Source: Candidatus Poribacteria bacterium
GTDB taxonomy: Bacteria; Poribacteria; WGA-4E; WGA-3G
Reading direction: 5' to 3'
DNA: 64,000 nt
Assembly: GCA_965198235.1 (NCBI GenBank)
Contig: OZ240248.1
Location: forward strand, 1,024,001 to 1,088,000
A program made the translations under genes and the position numbers. Positions 38,801-48,012 of this stretch are shown piece after piece (the stretch's first letter is position 1; the number at the start of each line of letters is the position of its first letter). Under the pieces are notes generated by a model, which saw only the letters and a program-made list of their open reading frames with translations, did no database searches and had not been told where the DNA came from.

Positions 38801-40072
38801 ATGATGAATGTCACAGTCTGCAACCCATTATTAAGGACCCCTCTGTCACTTATCGTTGACGATTCGTGTCCGGTAATTAATCTCACCTACTACTGGATAC
38901 ACCAACGACACGCGTGGAAAGCGCGACACCAACCCGGTATCCCTCCAGAACGTTGGGAAGGCAACGCCACGCAACTGAAAAGCATACCACCCACAATCCC
39001 CTCAGATTTCGCGTGGGAGTGGGCAGAATGGTGCTGGGAAAACGGTGTGAAAGGCAAATTTAGCCTCATTCCTTATCCAGCAGGAATCGGACGCGTCGAC
39101 GAAGGATTTCCGGACTTCTCGACACATGAATATCATGCGTGGCTCCGAATCTACCGAGAACTGATTTGGCCGAGTTTTGACTTGACACCGGAGATGCTCA
39201 CACATACCGCTGTCGTTGATCTGGACACATTCAGCCTCACCGAAGAGTGGGAACAGGTAGAATGGGTAGATCCGCCGACTGATAATAGACTCACGGACTA
39301 CATTATCGCAGCAATGGAAATGCTTGATAATGTTGGCATTCCCTGTGAAGGTGTGACGAGTCCCGGTGCCTTTGGAAAACGGCAAGAAGCGGCGTATGCG
39401 AAAGCAGTGCTAACCGCCTCTCAACATGTCAATAACAACCCGCGTCCATTCTATTTTCTCTGGCTCAAGCATGATGAACTGCCTGATGTGCCTATCTGGT
39501 ACGCCGAAAGGGAGAATGGAATTGCTGTTGCCAGTATTGTCGCATGCGCTGGTGACTGGTTCGGTGGTTGGACGGGCTACGATTTGGGAGATGCTGATCG
39601 GTTCATTACAGAAGATTTACAGGGGGGACGTTTACCACCGATTCTTGAAAAGGAACTTCCCTGTGTCCTCGTTGGGCATTGGCCCGGGTTCTATTTCAAC
39701 GGTGAAAAATCTGGGTTTGACGTGCTAAAAACCGTCAAGTCACGACTGGACAATTATGATCCAGATGGCACGAAAACACTCTGGATGAAAACCTCGGAGA
39801 TCGGTCACTACTGGATGGCACGTGAACTTACCGAGATTATCGTGATGGAAGAACAGCAGCAAATTAACCTCTCCACCCAATTCCCAACAGCAAACTTCAC
39901 ACTCGCTTTTGATGCCCCGATACGCCATATTCAGGTTAACGGATGGGACCTCCGCGAAGTTCATTCCCGACGTGATTTTCAAAGGGATACGTTTCTCATT
40001 GAAGGCAACCAGACGTTTGTCGCCTTTGATTTGGAAATTGGCGAGACGCAGCTTGCGCTTATTGTAGCATAG
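38801..40072 (+). CDS. Conserved hypothetical protein, possibly polysaccharide-deacetylase-like fold
   Basis: Long ORF with LIVDD and THT motifs; function unclear. Confidence 0.6.
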   Translation: MMNVTVCNPLLRTPLSLIVDDSCPVINLTYYWIHQRHAWKARHQPGIPPERWEGNATQLKSIPPTIPSDFAWEWAEWCWENGVKGKFSLIPYPAGIGRVDEGFPDFSTHEYHAWLRIYRELIWPSFDLTPEMLTHTAVVDLDTFSLTEEWEQVEWVDPPTDNRLTDYIIAAMEMLDNVGIPCEGVTSPGAFGKRQEAAYAKAVLTASQHVNNNPRPFYFLWLKHDELPDVPIWYAERENGIAVASIVACAGDWFGGWTGYDLGDADRFITEDLQGGRLPPILEKELPCVLVGHWPGFYFNGEKSGFDVLKTVKSRLDNYDPDGTKTLWMKTSEIGHYWMARELTEIIVMEEQQQINLSTQFPTANFTLAFDAPIRHIQVNGWDLREVHSRRDFQRDTFLIEGNQTFVAFDLEIGETQLALIVA

Positions 40073-40096
40073 CCTGTCAGGCTGTGCCTCTTTTCC

Positions 40097-40846
40097 TTAC
40101 GGAATGAGAATTCTGCCCCCACTTGCAATGACCGTCGAGCCTGTCATATAACTCGATTCCTCGCTCAAAAGGAACGCTATCACATCTGCCATCTCTTCCG
40201 GTTCACCAAGCCTGCCAAGGGGTGTCGTAGACCGAAGTTGTTCCACCATCTCTGGTGAGACTTCTCCTAACATATCTGTCGCTATTGCCCCCGGTGCAAC
40301 CGAATTGATGCGGATGTTGTGCGGTGCAAGCGGTCCGCAGCACGATTTCGTCAGGGCAATCACGCCGGCTTTTGCCGCCGCGTATGGCAATTGGTTCGGA
40401 CGGACTGCCAACGCAGCGATTGATGACACGTTAACAATACGCCCAAATTGTTGTGCAATCATCCCCGGTTTGACTGCCCATAACACATTGAAGGGACCTG
40501 TTAGGTTGATCGCGATAATCCGGTCCCAATGTTCAGGAGCGAGTTCGTCAAACGCCATATCACCGACATCTCCGGCGTTATTTACCAGCAATTCAATTGC
40601 CCCAAATTCTTCTGTCACTGTCGTGACCATTCTGTTCACAGCATCTCTGTCGGCGATATCGGCTTGGACAAATATTGCTTTCTGTCCCAGGCCGCGAATC
40701 TGCTCACAGACGGCTTCCGCTTTCGCAACCGCGCGGGAATAGTGAACGGCAACAGTCGCGCCTTCACTGGCAAGTTTGATTGCAGTTGCCTTTCCAATCC
40801 CCCGGCTTCCGCCGGTTACCAATGCGACCCTTCCCTGAAATTTCAT
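40097..40846 (-). CDS. Short-chain dehydrogenase/reductase (FabG-like)
   Basis: TGGSRGIG, NNAG, YAAAK; AGGAG RBS before ATG 40846. Confidence 0.92.
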   Translation of the reverse strand: MKFQGRVALVTGGSRGIGKATAIKLASEGATVAVHYSRAVAKAEAVCEQIRGLGQKAIFVQADIADRDAVNRMVTTVTEEFGAIELLVNNAGDVGDMAFDELAPEHWDRIIAINLTGPFNVLWAVKPGMIAQQFGRIVNVSSIAALAVRPNQLPYAAAKAGVIALTKSCCGPLAPHNIRINSVAPGAIATDMLGEVSPEMVEQLRSTTPLGRLGEPEEMADVIAFLLSEESSYMTGSTVIASGGRILIP

Positions 40847-40857
40847 CGAATCTCCTT

Positions 40858-40932
40858 CTATAAAAGTGCTTGCAGTTGTTCCCATATATCGTCGAAAACC
40901 GGTGTCGTGGCGGCGGCGAAATTCTGCTCTAC
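40858..40932 (-). repeat. Second copy of the last 75 bp of the aldo/keto reductase gene
   Basis: 66/75 identical to 41709-41783; encodes VEQNFAAATTPVFDDIWEQLQALL*. Confidence 0.9.
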
Positions 40933-40971
40933 CTTTTTTGGAAGCAGAATTGATGCGTAGAATTCAGCCGG

Positions 40972-41379
40972 TTATTGCCCTTTCTGCTGTTCGATCTCTG
41001 TTGATACGGAGATCCAAATGGCTCGCGCTTGTCCAACGGCTGTGTAAGCCTCTGTTTTTGTAGCTTCTTGCCACTCACCTGGATACCGGGCTTCAACTGC
41101 CCATTCGCTTAAACTCGCCAAGTCTCGATGTGCGGCTTTGAGTTGCCAACTATCAGGCACCAAATTCCGCAGAATATTCAAGTCATGCGTTCTCGGAAAA
41201 TCAATCTGTAAGAAGATTAATACCGCCTTGAGTGCCTTTTCAGCAGATTGTTGCGCGTGCCAACAAGCTTGACGAGGTGGAACGTGTGGCTGTCTTAAAA
41301 GGGTTTCAGCAGTTCTCAAGTCTTCTTCGGCATAGCGCAGCTAGCGGGCGGTGTCTGTGAGTCGATCAGGCACTTGCAT
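40972..41379 (-). pseudogene. HEPN-domain protein with in-frame TAG at 41341-41343
   Basis: MQVPDRLTDTAR*LRYAEEDL..A...ACWHAQQSAEKALKA...RTHDL...ARYP. Confidence 0.85.
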
Positions 41380-41680
41380 AGAGGACTCTTCCCTCTCGTT
41401 GGGCATAACGCAGCACCGATCCGATCCGCGTGCGGTGACGTTCGAGTTCTTCGGGCGTTGATACAAGGATGTCTTTCGCCACAGGCAAATCCGCCAAGGC
41501 GACTCGGATGTCAACAGCAGTTTTCCGTTTATCATTGAGTTCGGAGAAAACCACGAGCAGATCCACATCGCTGTGTGAATGGGCGTCTTCCCGCGCATGT
41601 GAACCGAAGAGAACGATCTGTAGTGGATCGAAATCGCGAACGATGCGCTCTGTCATAGTTGAGATGATTTCGTTATTCAT
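41366..41680 (-). CDS. Minimal nucleotidyltransferase (MNT) antitoxin
   Basis: LFGSHARE.A...SDVDLLV; overlaps the HEPN start. Confidence 0.9.
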   Translation of the reverse strand: MNNEIISTMTERIVRDFDPLQIVLFGSHAREDAHSHSDVDLLVVFSELNDKRKTAVDIRVALADLPVAKDILVSTPEELERHRTRIGSVLRYAQREGRVLYASA

Positions 41681-41708
41681 CTTTCCGCACCTTTATTTCT
41701 TATATCTC

Positions 41709-42611
41709 CTACAAAAGTTCCTGTAGTTGTTCCCACACATCGTCGGAAACGGGTGTCGTGGCGGCGGCGAAATTCTGCTCGACTTCTGCCGCATTCTTAG
41801 AACCGGTCAGACTCATCGCAATGCGAGGTTGACGGAAACAGAATTGAATGGCGAGATTCAGGAGATTCAGATTGTTTTCGGTTGCCCACTGCCAGAGTCG
41901 ATGTGCCTTTTCAGCATCGGATGTGTCTAAGTGCATCCTGTCGACTGAAACATCCGGCTCAACACCAGAAAGCAACCCCATTGCGATAGGACTTCCGTTA
42001 ATGATTCCGATGTCGTTTTCAGCAGCAAGGGGTAACAGCCAATCGTTTGCGGTTTGACTCAGGAGTGTGTAATCCAAATACGTTAGAATTACATCAACAA
42101 CACCGGTTTCGATGGCGATTTTGTGAAATTCGTGTTGTCGAACCCCGAGTCCGATAAACTTAAGCAATCCCTCCTCGCGCATCCGTTGGAGTTCGTCGAA
42201 TGCACCGCCTTTTGCCACAACGGGGTCCATGCTGTCTGGGTCATGCACTAAGCAGACATCGAGATAGTCGGTGCCGAGTAGACGCAGGCTGTTTTCGACG
42301 CTTCGGCGGGTCCCTGAGGCACTAAAATCGCCGCGCCATTCAGGGTGCGTTCCTGTCTTCGTGGCGAGGTAAATCTTCTCACGCCAACCGTCGGCGAGTG
42401 CAAGCCCTACCCGTCTTTCGCTCTCACCGTAGAGCGGTGCGGTGTCAAGATAGTTTATTCCCAACGTGATGGCTCGGTGTACCGCCTCAATCGCTTCATC
42501 GTCGGTAACATCACCTCTACCGACGCCTGCCCCTCCCATGCCGAGGTATGTAACCTCTAATTCCGTGCGTCCCAATCGTCGCAGCGGCAACGGATGAGTT
42601 TGTGTTGACAT
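41709..42611 (-). CDS. Aldo/keto reductase
   Basis: LGRT.L.V, GINYLDTAPLYG.SE, ATK, SLRLLGTDYLD..LVH. Confidence 0.92.
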   Translation of the reverse strand: MSTQTHPLPLRRLGRTELEVTYLGMGGAGVGRGDVTDDEAIEAVHRAITLGINYLDTAPLYGESERRVGLALADGWREKIYLATKTGTHPEWRGDFSASGTRRSVENSLRLLGTDYLDVCLVHDPDSMDPVVAKGGAFDELQRMREEGLLKFIGLGVRQHEFHKIAIETGVVDVILTYLDYTLLSQTANDWLLPLAAENDIGIINGSPIAMGLLSGVEPDVSVDRMHLDTSDAEKAHRLWQWATENNLNLLNLAIQFCFRQPRIAMSLTGSKNAAEVEQNFAAATTPVSDDVWEQLQELL

Positions 42612-42621
42612 GGTTTACCTC

Positions 42622-42858
42622 CTTTAAGGAAAATTAGAAAAAACAAAAGCGCGTAGCTTAGAACGTAGTGGAAAGCGGATATACGGAGAAGAACTTTCCT
42701 GCCAAAACCTTTCTAACCGAACCGCAAGGAAAAATTAAAACTTTAAGGAACATTAAAAAAAACAAAAGCATGTAGCTTGGAACGTAGTGGAAAGCGGATA
42801 TACGGAGAAGAACTTTCCTGCCAAAACCTTTCTAATCGAACCGCAAGGAAAAATTAAA
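42622..42858 (+). repeat. Tandem pair (period about 119 bp) of family B elements
   Basis: GTAGCTT(A/G)GAACGTAGTGGAAAGCGG...GAACCGCAAGGAAAAATTAAA twice; relatives at 43250-43335, 44093-44181 (reverse), 57152-57263 (reverse) and 59090-59183. Confidence 0.85.
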
Positions 42859-43219
42859 GAATTCGATGTAGATGCCCACGGCGGGCATCAGGGGGAATCA
42901 CGCTCACCCACTGCACCCCTTTAACGATGTCGTCCGGAGTATGTCCATGCTCAACACTTTTAGGCGTAACAACTAAATCTCCGGGACCGATACGATAGGA
43001 TTCAGACTGTCCGTCAGCTGTTCGGAGTGTCACTGTCGTCATGCCTTCCGTGAAGTACCAGTACTCGTCGAAATCGTGATAATGAAGTTCGGTGGGGTTT
43101 TCCTTTGAAACAGCGAAAGCCCCAATCGTCGTCATGTCTGGGGTGTCCAAAACTTTCCCGAGTGCGTCACCGATGCGCTCCCCCTCACTCAGTCGAATAA
43201 CACAAAGATTCGTATCCAT
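42854..43219 (-). CDS. Cupin domain protein (start likely 43219)
   Basis: HYHDFDEYWYF..G and GDLVVTP..VEH cupin motifs. Confidence 0.85.
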   Translation of the reverse strand: MDTNLCVIRLSEGERIGDALGKVLDTPDMTTIGAFAVSKENPTELHYHDFDEYWYFTEGMTTVTLRTADGQSESYRIGPGDLVVTPKSVEHGHTPDDIVKGVQWVSVIPPDARRGHLHRIL

Positions 43220-43330
43220 TTCGTTTCTCCCGTTTGTAGTCAAGAAAACGTAGTCCGTAATGTAATGGAGGACGACTCTACGGAAAGGCGCGTCAAAATT
43301 CAAGCCTCCTCATCGAACCGCAAGGTAAAA

Positions 43331-44092
43331 TTAAAGAACGCCGATATTTTTCAGGTGTTGCAGCGAATCTGCCACCCGCGCTTGGGCTCCCGCTTCGTCA
43401 AGGTTTTCGCCCTCAACGCCTTCTAACTCCATTGTGAAGGGACCATAGAAACCCGCATCGTTCAACGTCTGAAATACCGCTTTGAAATCGACAACGCCCT
43501 CACCGAGCGTTGGGAAATTCCATGTTCGATAGCCGCCGTTTGTGTCCTTGAGGTGGACAGCACCGACATGTCCGATAACTTTCTGGACTTCCGTAACAGC
43601 CGTCACGTTATGATTGTAATAGTAAACGTTTCCGGTGTCGAAGTTGACACAAATGTTCGGATGATTCACGGCTTGCATCGTTTCAAGTGAGATGTCGCCG
43701 TTATGCGCCATATCCGGATGTGTTTCCAAGCAGACTTTGATGCCTGCTGGTGCAGCGTTCTCACCGATGGCGCGGAGCCGGTCATATACGGCGTTCCGGT
43801 CTGCATCACCAGCATGGACGCTCACAAAGATAATCTTTACCTCCATCTGAGCGGCAATATCCAAGGTCGTCTGGAAATCCGAAATGACCGTTTCAGACTG
43901 GACATCGCAACTGCCGAGCAGACTGGTAGCAGTGAGTCCGTGCGCGTTCAATTCTGCACGGAGGGTATCGACAGATTCAGGTGCAGGCACACCGATTTCC
44001 ACATTCGTCAAACCGATTTCCGCCAAGTGGGCATATGCTCCAGCGCGAAACTGTCGGTAGCTCCCCAAATTACATGCAATAATATTTTCCAT
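43331..44092 (-). CDS. Sugar phosphate isomerase/epimerase (AP endonuclease 2 TIM barrel)
   Basis: LETH, NFDTGN, HLKD, LGEGVVDF, MELE. Confidence 0.88.
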   Translation of the reverse strand: MENIIACNLGSYRQFRAGAYAHLAEIGLTNVEIGVPAPESVDTLRAELNAHGLTATSLLGSCDVQSETVISDFQTTLDIAAQMEVKIIFVSVHAGDADRNAVYDRLRAIGENAAPAGIKVCLETHPDMAHNGDISLETMQAVNHPNICVNFDTGNVYYYNHNVTAVTEVQKVIGHVGAVHLKDTNGGYRTWNFPTLGEGVVDFKAVFQTLNDAGFYGPFTMELEGVEGENLDEAGAQARVADSLQHLKNIGVL

Positions 44093-44180
44093 TTTTTTAA
44101 ATTTTCCTTGCGGTTCGGGCAAGTGGGTTTGGAGTTTTGACGTTCTTCTCCGTATACCCGCTTTCCACTTCGTTCCAAGC

Positions 44181-45188
44181 TTAAGGAATTTTCCGTAACA
44201 CTGTGTTGCTCAATAGGATCTCGGTTCCCAGCAATATCACTGCGGGTATTAGAAAGTATGCCACCAACTCTTTATGGGTAACGACGTTGATTGTCTCAAA
44301 TTTCGTCTTTTCAAAACGATCGATTTCTGCGTAGATTTGCTTCAACGATTGCGTGTCTGTGGCACGAAAATAGCGACCTCTTGTTATGTTGGCAATCTGT
44401 TTTAGGGTATCCTCGTCGAGGTAGGTTAAAACCTCGCGATATCGTTTGCCAAAGGTCGTATCCGCGTAAGGAATGCGTGCACCCCCCTCTTTTCCCATAC
44501 CGATAGTGTAGACCTTAATCTCGAAGGATTGTGCAAAGGAGGCTGCTGCTCCCGGTTCAATACTACCAGCGTTGTTTTCACCATCAGTTAAGAGGATGAC
44601 AATCTTCGTTTTCGATTCCGAGGTGTGTAACCGATGGGTAGCGGTCGCAAGCGCATCACCGATAGCCGTGCCATCTTCGAGCTGCCCGATCTCTACATCG
44701 CGGAGCAATTCTACTAACACCGAATAATCCGACGTTAGAGGGCAGAGCGTAAAGCTTTCACCGGCAAAAACAACTAAACCGATACGATCGTTTTGGCGGT
44801 GCGTCAGAAAATCGTTGACGACTGATTTAGCGATTTGGATGCGATTGGACCCTTCAAAATCCTCTGCCCGCATGCTTTCTGAGATGTCGAGTACTAAGAA
44901 GATATCAATACCTTCAGTGAATTTATGCTCACGGCTTTGAGACAGTTGCGGACGGGCAAGGGAGACAAGGAGAAGCACGAGAACAATAAATCTGATCACT
45001 CTCAATATCGGGAACGCTTTAACCGAGGGAGTCTGCTGCATCTGCTGAATACCTGCTGCAAACCCATGTTTGAAATCAGAAAAACGTACGATCGGAACGA
45101 TGGTCTGCCCGCGTAGCCACCGCAAAGCGAATATCAGTAGTGGGACTACAATGAACAAACTCAGGAAGAGAGGTGACGCTAACTGCAT
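44181..45188 (-). CDS. vWA-domain protein (BatA-like)
   Basis: LARPQ, DISESM MIDAS, DRIGLV.FAGE, GTAIGD, LLTDGENN. Confidence 0.9.
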   Translation of the reverse strand: MQLASPLFLSLFIVVPLLIFALRWLRGQTIVPIVRFSDFKHGFAAGIQQMQQTPSVKAFPILRVIRFIVLVLLLVSLARPQLSQSREHKFTEGIDIFLVLDISESMRAEDFEGSNRIQIAKSVVNDFLTHRQNDRIGLVVFAGESFTLCPLTSDYSVLVELLRDVEIGQLEDGTAIGDALATATHRLHTSESKTKIVILLTDGENNAGSIEPGAAASFAQSFEIKVYTIGMGKEGGARIPYADTTFGKRYREVLTYLDEDTLKQIANITRGRYFRATDTQSLKQIYAEIDRFEKTKFETINVVTHKELVAYFLIPAVILLGTEILLSNTVLRKIP

Positions 45189-45205
45189 GCTGACTACACT
45201 CTTTC

Positions 45206-46303
45206 TTACCGGGATCCCCACTCATTGCTGGGGAGTGGAGAGATGTTTCTACGCGGTTCTTGCGAACGTATCATGCTGATGCCACTTAGCAGGCAGGTTC
45301 CAATGGCGATGCTATTGACAATAAGAAACGCTGCCCAGTCAATATACGGCAGGGATGTTGCCATGAAGTAGAGGATATAACCAAATATAACTGCGAGCGG
45401 TCTCCATCGTCCTGAAAAGAGGGTACTGCCGAGCGTCAGGAAAATCGCTGCCTTACCACAGATTGCCAAGGGAACCAAGAGCGAAACGGACAATAGCATG
45501 AATGGTACACCAACAATTGACAACGTCAACACCGTAAGGAGGAAAGGTATCATAACTAACATCAGGATGCCAAATAATATACTGCCGATAGGTCTCCTTG
45601 CAAAAAAGGCACTTACCTCGTTTATCGGCTTTGAAAGTAGGGCTACTATCAACAGATACATCAACAGGAAAAATCCAAACTTGACAAGTGTTAGGCGAAA
45701 ATTCGCTTGCTTGCTGATACCCCAGAAAGTATGTGGATGCATTACAAGATGTACCGCAGCGGGTACCATCTGCCAGTCATTACTTACTTGAAGATTAGCG
45801 ACTCCTTGTGCGTTTCCCGCAACCTGCCCGCCGATGATGTGAAGAGTTCCATTCACTTGTGCCTCTGGAGACAATTGGACATCTCCGCCGATTATCAATA
45901 CGTTGCCGCTCACGCGCCCTTGTAATCTTGCGTCTGCCGCAATTATAACGAGTGTTATTAATACCTCACCCTCTATTAACTGATAGTCGTTAATGATCTT
46001 GAATACCCGCCGTGTCTTTTTCCACTGGACATGCCCTTCACCAGCGGTTTTCCTGTTCTCCGAATCGACAACATCACTCTGCTTTGTAGACTCGTCAGAA
46101 GCCCCTTCCGAATTCTGTGCTGTAGGGAACCTGTTTTCTTGTACTGTTACGCCTTGCGCAATAAGAACACCTCTGGCTGGTTTTCCGTTTTCAAGGTTGG
46201 GTTGTTGCGAGTCTAAAACTTGCGGGGTGTTCTTTGAAGTCTGTCCAAAAACGGACAGGATGCCAAAGACTAAGAGTAAAAAAATAAATCCTATTTCCTT
46301 CAT
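45206..46303 (-). CDS. Membrane protein with polymer-forming (bactofilin-like) beta-helix segment
   Basis: G.V.GNV.IIGGDV.L...A.V.G repeats followed by several TM helices. Confidence 0.6.
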   Translation of the reverse strand: MKEIGFIFLLLVFGILSVFGQTSKNTPQVLDSQQPNLENGKPARGVLIAQGVTVQENRFPTAQNSEGASDESTKQSDVVDSENRKTAGEGHVQWKKTRRVFKIINDYQLIEGEVLITLVIIAADARLQGRVSGNVLIIGGDVQLSPEAQVNGTLHIIGGQVAGNAQGVANLQVSNDWQMVPAAVHLVMHPHTFWGISKQANFRLTLVKFGFFLLMYLLIVALLSKPINEVSAFFARRPIGSILFGILMLVMIPFLLTVLTLSIVGVPFMLLSVSLLVPLAICGKAAIFLTLGSTLFSGRWRPLAVIFGYILYFMATSLPYIDWAAFLIVNSIAIGTCLLSGISMIRSQEPRRNISPLPSNEWGSR

Positions 46304-46387
46304 ATTTTCCTGTGGGAGGGGTTTCTGGGGAAACACCCAAGCAAAAACACCCCGAATTCCTCTATATTGAGATGAGTGTATAAGAAC

Positions 46388-46416
46388 ATTATAGATGAAA
46401 ATTCCTTTCATGTCAA
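46388..46416 (-). promoter_or_regulatory. Consensus sigma70 promoter
   Basis: TTGACA-17 nt-TATAAT on the minus strand. Confidence 0.8.
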
Positions 46417-46584
46417 CGATTTTTAAATATAGAACCTCTTCGGATCGGTGTATTCTGCGTAAGCTCACCATTCAGACTGAGTTCCTAATTTTCGTATGAA
46501 AAAAAGAACTGAAACGTGGTGACATCAAAGCGTGCGCGGAACCTTTTCATTGAAATTGAAATTGCTTTGAATTCCAATTTTTTC

Positions 46585-46613
46585 TTGACATGTACCCGTG
46601 AATCTGATATGAT
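46585..46613 (+). promoter_or_regulatory. Sigma70 promoter upstream of the omegaRNA-like element and LamG gene
   Basis: TTGACA-17 nt-TATGAT. Confidence 0.75.
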
Positions 46614-46728
46614 AGATGTATGTGATGTTTTAGCAGCGATTTATGCCTTAGCACAATCGTTGTATCCGTGTAAATTGCACGGATATGTGTAAGCGTTCTT
46701 GAACTGTAGTATCAAATGGGAGATAAAA

Positions 46729-46990
46729 GTCAGTAACCCCGCCCTAAAGGGCGAGGAAACCTGTGGGAAATGGCAGCCACGCCTATCACTTCTGCGAGGG
46801 AAACTTATTGACTACCGTAATATATCGCGATACCTGGGCGTGGCAGCCCGAACAATGTCTGTCAAACGGTATACCCTATTGGTAGGGATATACTCAAGGA
46901 TGCTCCCCAAGTCCCAGTCCACTTGGGTATCGTGATCGGGAAGGGGCAATATATACCCGCATTTTGCGGAGAGCCCGCAAGGGTCCTTAC
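46729..46990 (+). ncRNA. HEARO/IscB omegaRNA-like structured RNA (3' end approximate)
   Basis: GTCAGTAACCCC...TTGACTAC, GGATGCTCCCCAAGTCC, GGGAAGGGG motifs; stems GCCACGCC/GGCGTGGC, GTATACCCTA/TAGGGATATAC, CCC-GCAA-GGG. Confidence 0.7.
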
Positions 46991-47181
46991 CTGTTTTCTC
47001 AAAAGCACCGTGTCAGGTCAAGTAGATGAGAAGTGCGAGTCTTGTTGAACGAAGCAGTACACTGGAGAGAATCGCCGACATGTTCGTGGCGAAAAAACGG
47101 CATGCCTATTTTCTAAATTTAAAAAAGGAGGCGGTGTTCCTCCCCTGCCTAAAGACAGGGGTTTCCACACCGAAGATTTTG
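46729..47181 (+). mobile_element. Non-autonomous IS200/IS605-family element (no transposase or nuclease ORF)
   Basis: Subterminal hairpins CCCCGCCCTAAAGGGCGAGG and CCCCTGCCTAAAGACAGGGG; no TSD; removal rejoins GGAG-ATAAAA to ATG. Confidence 0.85.
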
Positions 47182-48012
47182 ATGAGTTTCCACACTATTT
47201 TTTCTAACAAGTTTTGGCTCACGAGTTTAGTCCTCGTGAGTTTCAGCCTCTTTTCTGTCGGTGTTTTGTTCGTTTCCACCACGTCTGCGGCAATCGACCC
47301 TGATACTGTTGTAGGGTTGTGGCTTTTTGATGAAGGCAAAGGAAATGTCGCAACCGATGCGTCCGAAAGTGGGTTGGATGGCGAATTTGAAGGTAAGCCA
47401 AAATGGGTTGACGGCAAGTTTGGAAAGGCACTTGAGTTTGATGGTAAAGGTGCTTATGTTCAGGTTCCGGGGCATGACAACCCAACCGAGGCAATCACCG
47501 TTACCGCTTGGGCAAAGAGCCCGGGTGATACTTGGAACCAGCACGGTTGGATGGTCGAAAAGCGGAATGCCTATATCATCCATCCCAACCAAGGCACAAA
47601 AAATGTAGCGTGGCCGATTTGCAACGGAGGCTGCTGGAATAAACCCGGCGGTTGGAATGATGGTAATGTTGGCCCCAAAGATATTACCGACTGGCACATG
47701 TACACCGGAACTTTTAATAGCAAAACCGGTGAGTGGTACATCTATATTGATGCCAAAGAAGCAAGTTCATTGGATTTGGCTAAGAACCCTCTTGATGCCG
47801 ATAGCGGTCCTGTCAATATTGGGTTTGACGATTGCTGCGGTGGTGCTCGATTCGGTGCAGTCATTATTGACGAGGTCGCAATTTTCAGTGTCGCTTTAGA
47901 GGAAGATGACCTCCAGAAGATTTATAAAGATGGACTCTACTTCTCGGTCTTGGCGGTGGATCCCGCTGACAAAATGACGACCACTTGGGCGGATGTCAAA
48001 GTCAAGTACTAA
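47182..48012 (+). CDS. Secreted LamG/concanavalin-like protein (true start ATG 47182)
   Basis: Signal peptide, GLWLFDEGKG, GKFGKALEFDG, IDEVAIF, tail AVDPADKMTTTWADVK. Confidence 0.9.
   Translation: MSFHTIFSNKFWLTSLVLVSFSLFSVGVLFVSTTSAAIDPDTVVGLWLFDEGKGNVATDASESGLDGEFEGKPKWVDGKFGKALEFDGKGAYVQVPGHDNPTEAITVTAWAKSPGDTWNQHGWMVEKRNAYIIHPNQGTKNVAWPICNGGCWNKPGGWNDGNVGPKDITDWHMYTGTFNSKTGEWYIYIDAKEASSLDLAKNPLDADSGPVNIGFDDCCGGARFGAVIIDEVAIFSVALEEDDLQKIYKDGLYFSVLAVDPADKMTTTWADVKVKY

Noticed and set aside
42622-42858. Possible CRISPR array
   Set aside because: Only two ~119-bp near-identical units with no unique spacers and no cas genes; dispersed relatives show it is an interspersed repeat.
46960-47140. 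Remnant iscB, tnpB or tnpA coding sequence in the element
   Set aside because: I could not recognise PLMP, RuvC, HNH or HUH motifs in the frames I translated.
47026-47181. 52-aa N-terminal extension of the LamG ORF
   Set aside because: It lies inside the inserted element; the signal peptide and displaced RBS point to ATG 47182.
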